A stretch of DNA of 64,000 bases, taken from positions 3,658,001 to 3,722,000 of the forward strand of contig CDRNST010000006.1 of assembly GCA_977016875.1 (NCBI GenBank), read 5' to 3'. This DNA comes from Pavona decussata (lineage: Eukaryota). The position numbers and the translations under genes are program-made. A model generated the notes under the pieces. That model had not been told where the DNA came from. It did not search any database and saw nothing but the letters and a program-made list of their open reading frames with translations. Positions 37,118 to 48,697 of the stretch are shown here, piece by piece. Position 1 is the stretch's first letter, and each line of letters opens with the position of its first letter.

Positions 37118-38680
37118 ATTGTTTTTGCATTGTAATATTTTATTGCAAATACCTAAGCCTAAACCTTCATTAAAAATAATGGTAACCTAGTTTTAGCTAC
37201 GTATACCAGCCTCAATTTTCTAACCCCCTCCCCTCCCACCATCCAAAAAATTGAAAGTCGCCATCATCCCGCACGTTAAATTATGCGGCCTTTCTATACT
37301 TAACTGCACTGAAAAAAAGGCAAGCGCTCTTCAAGCCAGGTAAAGTGCTCAGTGACTTTCACGTCGTGTCCATAAAAAGAGGCAGAAAAAAGCCCGCATA
37401 CTTTCATATTCTTGTGATTCACATTTTCATTCATAATGTACATTTTCTTCGTTTTCTTTAAAAAAAAATTCTCCCTCACAAAAGCTGCATTGTCTGAAAG
37501 TATGAGATTCGATTCTTGCGACAAGTCACCCGCAAAACCAAGCTCTTCATCATTCTCTATACTTGTCTGTAAATTTCACCATGTAAACACTCTTTAACAC
37601 TTAAACACCCCGAAAACTAGGATCCTTGATATGTCGCTTTTCCGGTGGGGAAATTATTCAATTACGTTTAGGGCACTGGAAAAGGAAACGCAGACAAATA
37701 TCTTCTTCTCCGGTGTTAAGGGTCTGCCCCTTACGTTTGATGACAAATAACAACATTGTTGGACTTCCGATATAAATCGATAAAATCATGAAAAAATGGA
37801 TAATATCTATTTGACACACCAAATTAATGTATCGATTTTCACCGATTTCCGTTATCAATCGCTAAAAATCACTTGATCGATACCGATTTTTATCTAACCC
37901 GGGCTACTTCATACCTCGCTTTTTCAAAAGAAGAATCGTTTAGCGGCGAAATAGCCTGACTTCAGACGACATCGCTACCTCTCCCCTCTCTCGACAGCAA
38001 ATTGAGGATTTCACCCAGAACTACATCCTGCGAGGTAACGTTAATTTACATTTCGATCGGATGACAGAATGCGTCTAACTGCACGTTTTTCACTTCCCGC
38101 AACAGAATTCCGCTACCAGAAATTGAGAACTCACCGTAAACTTTCCCATTGAGGACTTCTTTAATGATGTTCTTCTCCAACCATAACCAGATGGCTGTAC
38201 ATTTTATTTTCGAACATATCTTCCCCACCCTACTGCCTACCATTACATTAAAATTAAAATTTATTTCTAACAAGTCTTTGCAACATTAATCTCTTGTCAC
38301 TGCTGATAACCACCTATGTTGAAACTCTATGTCAACATGACATATCAAATGAAGGTGAGTTCCGTCCAATGCTATTCATTGATGTCACTGCAAGGGATTA
38401 TCACTTAGCTTCATGCAGCGTGTTAAAACTCGCCAAAAGAATTGAGGTAGGTAAACTAGGTCTAGGATGCTTTAACTCTTTAGTAAAGTATCAACATGTC
38501 TGATTATTTAAAGACAGTAGACCAATTCATATTTGAAAATGGTGTCCGGAGCAACTGACCCTTCCCGCCAGATTCGCCAGTCTCCCCACCCCACCTCATC
38601 CCCCAACTACCAATCTGTTCTAGAAAAATATATGGACAGAGCTCTCAAGACGATTTCAGGGGCTGTCAACAACAAACCTG

Positions 38681-38796
38681 GGCCCAGTTGCTCGAAGCAT
38701 GGTTAGCGCTAACCCGGGTTAAATGCCATAACAACCTATAGGTTTAATACCTCTTAACCAATGGTTAGCGCTAACCATGCTTCGAGCAACTCAGCC
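38681..38796. mobile_element. 116-bp palindromic Harbinger-like MITE, CTG TSD
   Basis: agttgctcgaagcatggttagcgctaacc mirrored at both ends; CTG at 38678-38680 and 38797-38799. Related termini at about 4634 and about 25511. Confidence 0.85.
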
Positions 38797-38866
38797 CTGT
38801 ATGTTAATTCACCCGAAATAAATAGGGTTTTAGACTAAGCGTATTTTGCACTCTCCCCTCCCTCGA

Positions 38867-39059
38867 NNNNNNNNNNNNNNNNNNNNNNNNNNNNNNNNNN
38901 NNNNNNNNNNNNNNNNNNNNNNNNNNNNNNNNNNNNNNNNNNNNNNNNNNNNNNNNNNNNNNNNNNNNNNNNNNNNNNNNNNNNNNNNNNNNNNNNNNNN
39001 NNNNNNNNNNNNNNNNNNNNNNNNNNNNNNNNNNNNNNNNNNNNNNNNNNNNNNNNNNN
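38867..39059. other. Assembly gap (N run)
   Basis: Run of n. Confidence 1.
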
Positions 39060-39148
39060 AAATATTCTATCGAGATTTCCTTCTATTTCTTTAAAAAATA
39101 AAAATCATAATAATTGTTAACATTACACCTTCAGCGTGATTTGCCACG

Positions 39149-42100
39149 TTATCTATTGCCATTGTCCCGGGAAGATATTCTTTCATACGTGTTCCTGGAA
39201 GGTCTCCCATTTTCTGGAGACGATGAGCTACTTCCTCTACTCGACGCCGAGTGTCTCGGACGTAATTTAATTCCGGTTGACAAAGGCTCATCTTCTTCCT
39301 CCTGGATGAAGGGCTTGTGACACGAGAAAAGCATGCCGGGATGGTCATCCGGGACCTTAGCGCAAAGCTCCAGAATCAGAAGTAAGAATGTGAGGCCAGT
39401 GATGAAGAAAAACACGCAGCACACTTTATACAGCGACCGGAAATCACTCTTACGCCATTTAGGGTCGTCACCAGGCACAAAGTCTCCAAGTCCTATAGTG
39501 GTCAGCGAAATGAAGCAAAAATAAAGCGCTTCAAAGTAGCTCCAGTCCTCTAGGAACATGAAGAAAAAGGCGGGAACTATGATGACCAGTATGACAGCGC
39601 CACACATGATGATTGACAGGTGTACGAAGCGCAGATAAGCAGGCGGGATTCCACGCACGGTGCACGTGCTACACATGAACTTTTCCAGGAAGTCTGTTAA
39701 CTGCAGGAGTCGTTCTACTATGGCCGTCAGCATGATAGCGGTCATGGGAATACCAAAGACTGCAAACACCATACAAAACACCTTTCCACCATCAGACAGG
39801 GGAGTTATGTTTCCATAACCTGCAACAAAGGAGAAGTTTGGTTTCAGTGTGTTATTTAGGCACTGCTTACATGGAGGACGGAAGATCCTAGAAGGAAAAA
39901 ACAACTTTTCGTTTGGTTCACATGCAGAAATTTCAGTCTGGGTGGTTACCAAGTAGCCCTGGCCGCCGCCATGTTTGTTTTTAGTCCCTAGTACTAGGAC
40001 CTTCCGAGCGAAGGCAGTTTACATGGCGCTAGGATCTTCCCGTCTCTCAGCTAAGAAGATCGTATCGCTAGAAAGATCCTAACGCTAGGGCCAAGTACAA
40101 CCTTTTGCTTATAAACTGAATAGAGAAAACATATGGCGATAGGATGACCAGCTTTAATTTCTGGGATCATTCGTAGTGCTTGGATCTTCCTCCCTCCATG
40201 TAAACCGCCCCTTAGAGGGCTATGCGGATATTTTACCCTCGCTCGGACACAACAAGCGGTTTCAATACGGAACGAAGGAGATATCAATTGACTTTCCTAA
40301 GCGAGTGATAGTTTTTTTACGTGACAAATTAACAGAATTTGAAAAATTGGTTTGCACCAATCGTCTGCAGATGAGGAAAACTACTTTCTCTCTTCTCTGG
40401 TCAGTATTGGCAAAATGTAATAAATTACACTTATTGAGCTAATTTAAAAAGAAATGATTCGGTTAGCGTTGTTAATGACAAAGGCTAAAACTGCTATTTG
40501 AAATGCTTACTAACTAGGTTCGGAACGCATAGTCCTAAGAAATATAGATAGGTCGAAAGTAATTTCGCGTTTGCTTTGGTTTTGCATTACAACGCTCTAT
40601 GATTAGTTAACAAAACTCGCGCCACTTTCTCAGCCAATGAGAAAACCAATCGTGTTTTCGCGCATGCATTTCCCGCGCTTGGCGCCAGTTACATGTATTT
40701 GCTTCGAATTCTGATTGGCTCGTTGTGTAGTTTACATCTGTTGCGATTGACCAGAGTAATTACTTTGGTTTTGGTTTCACGACACTCAATTGGAAACCCC
40801 TCTAAAACATAGTTATAACTTACTTAATTTTGTCCATAATTAATTTTATTTACTGATTATTGTTGGTAACTGTTGTTATTTTTATGGCCGGAGTATATTT
40901 TCACAGACAGTGGGACGCTGATTATTTAATAAAAAGAAACAAACCAAGCTAAGCGCGCATTCTTTTGGATTATTTCTGGCTATCCTTATTCCGGTTCAGG
41001 AAAAACAAATACACAAAATACCACTTTCCAAAAGAACTATTCCGATTAAACTTCCTTCCCAAAAGAATACAATTACTTCTATTCCGGCTGAGCAAACCAC
41101 ATTCCCTTCATTCAGCTATAGCCGGACAAACTGTCTATTCCATTTATTCCTATTCCGAAAATGGCCAAAACAATGCGTCTAAGAAATGATGTTAGTATAC
41201 AGCCTGTATAATGATGGCAGTCTCTTCCTTTCCGACAATACGAGAGGTGTTTTGTTCCGTCCATAGCTCCACGCTTTCACGCCCCTCTCCTAATCGAGGA
41301 GAGGAAAACGATTATTTCCATCAAAAATTCAGTCAATCAGTTTACTAGGTCAAACCTTTCAAGGAACAATGTCACTGTTAAACAGTTTAAAAATAACCGT
41401 AGCATTTTTAATATTTCTCTATACTTTTCTTTGTTGTGGTCCAGGTCGTTGTTTTCGTCTTCTTGACAGTTTAAGGTCAGTCTGGGCTGCACTGATTCGT
41501 TAACGTTGTAAATGCTTAAAATAACGTTTTCAAGCTCCATAGATCAAAACTGCATCAAGCTTCTAGTCTATTGTTGGTATTCAATAAATACTAACATTAG
41601 TAGTCACCCAGCGTTTCCTGCAAATGGGCAGCCAAAATAATGCTTGTTGTAGCTGTTGTTGTAAAAAGTCAGTGTACTTGTGTCGTGTACACAGATGTCT
41701 CGCTGTTGGTGAGTAATGTGAAAACGAATTTAAGCTTAGAATTTGTCCCATTTCATTTCAGAAACGCCCGGACTTTTATACTGATTTTTTTCGTTGTTTT
41801 GTTACGCTTTTACTGGCTGTAGTATGCACCTTACTCAGTATTCAGATCATAGTGCTAAGCAACTTGTGTAACATGTATTCAAAACAATATCTCCTACAGA
41901 GGATAAATTTTCTTTCATTCGATGTCGTATGTAAAGAGAAGTTTTTTGTGCCTGTTACTATACTTACGGGCTGAAATGTGCGCATGAAAACAGTAATGCG
42001 ATAAGAAATGTTAAAGTTAACTTGGAATTACTTGAATTAAACCGGTAAAACGGATTCTTCTAATTCTTTAGTCATACGCCAGAGCTGACAGAATGTTTGG

Positions 42101-42321
42101 AAGACATGATCGACTTCCCTTCCCATGTTTGTTATAACGAATGAATTCACGCCACATTTTGTTCGTGCATGTCTATGTAATAATAATAATAATCATATTT
42201 AATCAGAAATTTACAAGCACTAAAATGCAATCAGTCAAAAGCGAAAGTCTAGGCAAACTTTTCACAGAAAGCTACCTACCTAGATCAAAAGCGGCGAAAT
42301 TATACATCGTCATCTTAGAGC

Positions 42322-42394
<73 letters not shown>

Positions 42395-44388
42395 TATTCC
42401 AAGCAAAATGCTATTCACAAGTTAAAAGTAGGAAAAAAACTATTAAACCCTATTTACAATTCATTTCGATTAGAAAGAAAAATTATTTTCAAGCACAACA
42501 GAGCTTTTTTCAAGCACAAAATTTCGTTGTTGTTTATTTAAAAAGAAAAAACAAAAGACATAAAGCCACAATAATATTCTATTTGTAGTAAAAAAAATCA
42601 TATCATGATTGTATTCTGGCTAAAAAAAATTGGAAATAAAAATAAGGTTCTCAATATCTTTATGAAAAAAGTCATATGATCGTATTCTGGGTAAAAGAAA
42701 TTGGAGATAAAATAGCGTTCTCAAATACCTTAGTGAANNNNNNNNNNNNNNNNNNNNNNNNNNNNNNNNNNNNNNNNNNNNNNNNNNNNNNNNNNNNNNN
42801 NNNNNNNNNNNNNNNNNNNNNNNNNNNNNNNNNNNNNNNNNNNNNNNNNNNNNNNNNNNNNNNNNNNNNNNNNNNNNNNNNNNNNNNNNNNNNNNNNNNN
42901 NNNNNNNNNNNNNNNNNNNNNNNNNNNNNNNNNNNNNNNNNNNNNNNNNNNNNNNNNNNNNNNNNNNNNNNNNNNNNNNNNNNNNNNNNNNNNNNNNNNN
43001 NNNNNNNNNNNNNNNNNNNNNNNNNNNNNNNNNNNNNNNNNNNNNNNNNNNNNNNNNNNNNNNNNNNNNNNNNNNNNNNNGACTTTTCAATAACTTTTAT
43101 AATGTCAAAATTTATTAGGTACAGGGTCTAGAAAGTAAAACACTTATTTAGACTGAGGCTGTGTGTAATATCAATCCACTAATAATTGCACCAAAAAAGC
43201 TTAGCAAAAATTGTTTCGTCCTGCGGTATAAGAGATCAATGTTGGTGCTGAAGCTATTCTTAAATATCAGACATCAAAAGATAGACTGACCGGCATGGTC
43301 GATAAGGGATATGTGTAAACGGCGCTTTGCCAGTATGGCGATCGAGTTTATCCACTGTGGGCAGATGCGGAATATTTTGTGGCATGTGATTTGTAGATGC
43401 CGAACACACATTCAAACGAATGAGATTTGAGCCTGTAATTGCTGAATCAACTACTAATTAAACAAGTTTGGAAAATAACTATTATTTGTTCTTCACTGGC
43501 GTTCTAATCAGATGCGAGATGTTTCACAAGAAAAAACGAAACCATGACTTCAATCATAAATATTGGCTCGACCAAAACCCTTCCTTAAGGACAAAATTAA
43601 CTAATTCGCGTGATTTTAGAAAGCTTTATGAGAATCGAGGAATTTTTGACGCTATCTTTTGGTAGCAGATGTTTTTTAAGTCACAGGTGTTCAGTGAGAC
43701 TCGCGAACTTGACAAGATAACCTCTCTTTGTTTAACAGTTGTTATTTCCTCCTGACAATTATTCACTGGCAAAAATGATTAACTAAAAGGTTTCCAACGC
43801 TTTCACTCGAGGAACTCAGCGAATCAAGATGATCAGTGTATGTTCTCCTCGCCTCCTGTTTATATAAAACGGTGAACTGATCTCTGAGAAGGGAACAAAA
43901 TAATAAATAACTAGTCTCTCTTGTAATGTAGGCTCACGAAAGGCCTAGGAAAGACGTTTGTGTGATTATAGCTAAGTGTCATCTGGTTCAGAACTATTTT
44001 TAACAAGGTTCCGGCGAGTAACCTGTGAAAACAGGTTGTTACAGACCTGCTGGTCACCTGTTAAGTATTTATCCTTACCTATAGTGGTTATTACAGTTCC
44101 TGCGAAGAAAAACGAACTGCCAAACCCCCAGCTTCTCTTGTCGCTCGCATTACCAAGAGGCTGGATTCCCATCTCTTGGGCTGCCACCACATGTTTCACA
44201 AAGCTTTCAAGTTCTTCATCAGTGACGCACGGATGCTTCAGTAGAAAGTCATCTCGCTTTTTTCGTAAATCTGACAATATTCTCTGCTCGTAAGGTCCTT
44301 CGATTGACGAAAATATGGCGGCACCCACGGAAAGGTAGAATATATAAACAATCACCAGGGCTATCAGGCGAATAGTCCCGCGTTCCAT
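39149..44388 (-). CDS. Two-pore-domain K+ channel, TWIK subfamily (KCNK1/KCNK6-like), 326 aa
   Basis: Exons 44079-44388 and 39149-39819, joined in phase 1 within TTI-G-YG. Four TM segments; cap Cys (HPCV); P1 SFFFAGTVITTIGYG; P2 ALYFCFISLTTIGLGDFVPG (GLG in P2 is the TWIK hallmark). Confidence 0.93.
39859..40211. mobile_element. Harbinger-like MITE with TTA TSD next to the K2P exon-2 acceptor
   Basis: ttacatggaggacggaagatcc / ggatcttcctccctccatgtaa; TTA at 39856-39858 and 40212-40214. Confidence 0.75.
40545..40805. repeat. Dispersed MITE-like repeat rich in CCAATC/GATTGG motifs
   Basis: gtcgaaagtaatt...gacactcaattggaaacccctcta structure; left end truncated. Confidence 0.5.
42323..42392. repeat. 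(AAT)n microsatellite
   Basis: About 23 perfect AAT units. Confidence 0.97.
42738..43080. other. Assembly gap (N run) inside the K2P intron
   Basis: Run of n. Confidence 1.
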
Positions 44389-47300
44389 GGAGGAAAATTC
44401 CTTCGAAAAGGGATTTCAGATCGACAACTGAGAGTGGATTCCTTCAGTGCCGATCTCCCCCCAAAGTCGTTTTATCCGATCACACCTATATTTAGGTTGT
44501 TACCCGTGGTCTGTAAAAGGCTGTCACTGCTTTCGATCGCTTTGGAGATCTTTGTGCTACTAAACGATGCCTAATGTGTTAATCAGGCAAATAAATCAGC
44601 ATAACAATGTATTTCGAAAACCAGTTTTTAAATAACGACTGTTCCGGAGAAGTCGCGATCAACATGTGATATAAGACGATTGTATTGATTTGTGACTCCA
44701 CTATTAAAAGAAACGCACTTCGTGTGAACGGTAGACATGAACCAAGTACGGGGATCTCGCAGAATTCAACGAACTTTCTTAATGTAAAATGTTCCTCAAT
44801 AACTTGAGTCATTCATGACATTTATAGACGGGCTAAGTGCCTATGCAAATAATGGCGGCATGATTTGCATTTGAAGAGTTTAGCTAGTGTAGAGATGGAT
44901 ATGAATAACACAGTGAAAATACGACCACTTTTTTAAAAGATGCATTATCAACGCATTAAGTAGACTAGGTCAGTATCGTTCCTTTTGGAAACTAAATAAT
45001 GAGTAGTATTGTACATTCACTGTTCTTTGAAAGATAAAGATGTTATCTTGTGTCGGCACAGGTCGCCCAAGCATAACATTTGCTGAAATTTGAACATTAA
45101 TTACATTGAAAAATAGACTGAAAATAATGGAATTTTTTGACATAATTAATATTCGCTCTCTGTTACTTGCTGTCTTACTAACGTAGTATTTTGGGCTTAA
45201 CTCAGTTTTCCGGCCGATAATGAAAGTGCTTTCTGACCTTCCTAAACCAATAGCAACTGGTATAAAGCGTCGGTGAAATCCATTGCTGTCTTGGTACTCA
45301 GTGAACTGATATGTTATAATGATTACGTGTTTGATCACTAGTATCCCAATGCTGAGCTTATCCATTGAAGGTAAACGACAAAGTTTTTCTCTGTGCGAAA
45401 AATTTGTGTCAAATTTTTTTTTTCCGCTTTTGCCTTCACGTCAGTATTCAGTCGTTTTTTGTTGTTGTTATTATTTTTTCTTTTTGTAAATCTGAAAAGT
45501 GTCACTTTACTGAGCAATGCGATCGACTGGAAGAGTCATTGGTCATCATAATGAAAACCTTAGGCAGCATAAAATATCTGTCAATTGTTCCAGGACAAAC
45601 GACACCTTTCTTTCAAGTTATCGGTAACAGTCCTGCGTCGAGGCAAAAGAATTGCACACGTACAGGAAGTTACTAAGTAACCTAAGGAAATGTTAGTGTC
45701 AAAAGATGACATCACTTTAGTAGCTCGTTGTACATTTTAGAGAAGTCTCAAATATTCGAGTGTTGATTGACGTCATTTATGAATTTAAAAAAAGTGATTT
45801 AAGTTTATCGTGTGCGTCAAATGACAATAGCAACTAAAACAGAAACAAATGGTTACTGCTTTTACGTTAACTCATGCGGTTGGAAATGCGGTGATTTCAA
45901 GATGTACGGACTCTGGACCCCCGAACGGTCATTGATTTCCGGTTAGAGAATTACATGAATTGAATGTGTTAATCATTACCGGCACAGGAAGACAGGCCCT
46001 AAATAGACCCTTTACTCTTGTTTAGATGCTAAGCGGCCAATAGCTCAGACTGCAAGCAGACTCTTTTTTTTCCCTAATTTACGTAAACATCTGTTGGTGT
46101 CCTCTCTCTTCTCCCGCCACACCCTATGCAAGGTGGGGGTAGAGAGAGCCCTGTGGCGGGACTACCCTAAGTTAAGGTGTATCTTAAGTGTTTATTCTTA
46201 ACAAAAGCCTGTTAATGACCTAACAACAGACTATTGCTAAATAACAATACTTCCGTAAATCTGGCTCCTGGTTCCCGCCATTTTGTTTTCATACTGTTTT
46301 CCGCAAAACTATTTCGATAGCTGATTTTGTCATTGGTGTACAGGCCTTGTTGAAAGAGTGGCATATTTGCTTTGGTTTGTTGTATCGGAGTGTAAATTTT
46401 TATCTTAAACAAAATTAGGCGTACCCGCGAAGATGAGCAGTGTGTGAAGACCACTGATTGTACATCATTGATAAGACAAGGCCATTCTTGACCCAATAAC
46501 ATCAGGACTAGCAATAACAAAGAAGCAAAAATTGAAAACAACAACGTTTAATGTTCAAACATAATTTGTCTTCAAAATGGTTGATTTTCACATTAATATA
46601 ATATATATAATTCTGTAATCATGATATCTTGAGATTATCATTAATTTAACTTGGAAACTTGTGCTCAGAAATGTGTCCTGGAATCAAGTAACAACTCTTC
46701 AGGAAATAGCTGAAAATATTTCTTTTTCTTTAAATTACCCAGCATACGGAGAATTTTACTTCAGTCAAGAAGAAAAGCCCGTTTTCCGTAAACTCATTTA
46801 GGGATTTTTCTCTTTCTTCTTTTTTGAAACTTTTATCTGTATCCATTTATTATTATCAGGCTTAGATAGAACAGGCATGGACGAAACAGATTTCGTAGTT
46901 TAGACTTACGAGGGGAGAGGGTAGAATTAAGAGATTTAGGTGTTAGTGGATATGAAGGGGTAAAAACTGTTTCAGGTCAGAACTAAGATCATTGAAAAGT
47001 TAAGCAGCACCATAGGCCAGAGTGCATTTCCCAGAGTTGCTACGTCGGCATGTATGGCATCTTTTAAGTGATAAGCTTCTGAAAAAGGCTGGACAATCAC
47101 TTGCAAAATTTAACACAGATATAAACTTTATCGAATAGTACTGTACTGACGTTTATGGCGTAGTGAACATTACTTGTTCCTTATTGTAGCTGCCAAAAGG
47201 CTCCATAGAGTCAATAATTGAGACACCCTTTGAAAAAACATTCAACACTATTTAATCGAAGTTAGGCGAGCAAACGAATGCGATGATGAACGCGAAGAAG

Positions 47301-48697
47301 ATGAAGATGAACTGAAGGTTTAAACTAGAATAAATAAGAACATTAAATTAAAACCAGAAAGATACAATAAATGCGCAAACGGGCAACAAGCAATTTTCAT
47401 TGTAGCGTCTCTGTAACTACAAAACTAGAAAACTTCGGAGAACAGATCGAGAAATTGAAAACTTGGAAACTTCGGCGAACCGATAACTGAAAACTGGCTG
47501 GCGCGAACTGCAGATAGTGTTTTAAACCACGAGGTAAAACTAGCATTATAAACTGCTAAATTAACTTAACAAAAATATGCAAACGAAACTAACAACATAT
47601 ACACCACCTTTCTACTTATTATAGTTTATTATTGTGTTTTACATCTTTGCTTATTTGTAAATGTATATCAATTCTTAATGCGTCTTCGAATTGATTCCTT
47701 AGAGAAGCGGGTAAGGACAGCAAATGGCAAAGTCAACCTTAATTGTATTTTAGGCCAATTTTTTTACTGTAAGTTTCGATATATGACAACTGTCCTTCAG
47801 AGAAAGCTTTCCAGTTCTTCCTGTAACTGAGCAAGTCAAGATCTCGAATAGGTCCAAAAATATCCCGAAAGGTAGCATGGCACCTCTCGCTCAGCCACGA
47901 GCTAAATTCCCCGAAATCCCCTGTTACACAGTGCAGAAACTTTACAGCACCCCAAAGAAAAGCCCGGAAATTAAACAAAAAAAGGGAGGGGGGGTGGAAT
48001 GCTACATTTTTGACCCAAAACGAGGGCATTTTATTTATTTTTCGTTTGTTTTTTCTATTTTTTTTATTTTGGAAATCGTTGCTGCCTTTATATCGAGGTT
48101 TTAACTAGTTACCTACGTACATCTAACACTACCAGTATTTCAAAACGATCTCATGCAGGCGCACAATATCCTTTAACTTTACGGTTAGATAAACGTTTCA
48201 AAATCACTCTTTTATTATATTAAGTTTCATTTCTGTAAAAACCTTACGGACACCCAAAATGCAGACCGTATGAACATGAAAAAAAAAAGGAATCGATGCC
48301 ATTTCGATTATTGATAAGTACTGAAAACCGATACCACTCGATAACAAGAGCAGTAGAAAATCGATTGCCAATTGATTGTTATTGATAATCGATTAATTGT
48401 TATTGATTGCTATCGATTGCCACCGATTACATCGGTTGGATACGCCGAGATTCTACTTATAATTTAAATCCCCTACATTTTGCTTTGGTAACTAAAAAAC
48501 AATCTCATGGAAATTTCAGTTAACAACAATTCGAATGATTTCTTAACACAGAGATTGACTTCTACCTACAGCACCGCTCAAATGTAAGTTGATAGTCCCT
48601 CGCGTCAAGGTTTTTTTTTTAAAACAAATCAATATACCACATCAAACTGTTATAAGTGGGGTATTGCCTGGTCAGTTTAAAAGTCTAAATGTCTATT

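Noticed and set aside
38846-43131. ORFs containing X runs
   Set aside because: Artefacts of the N gaps.
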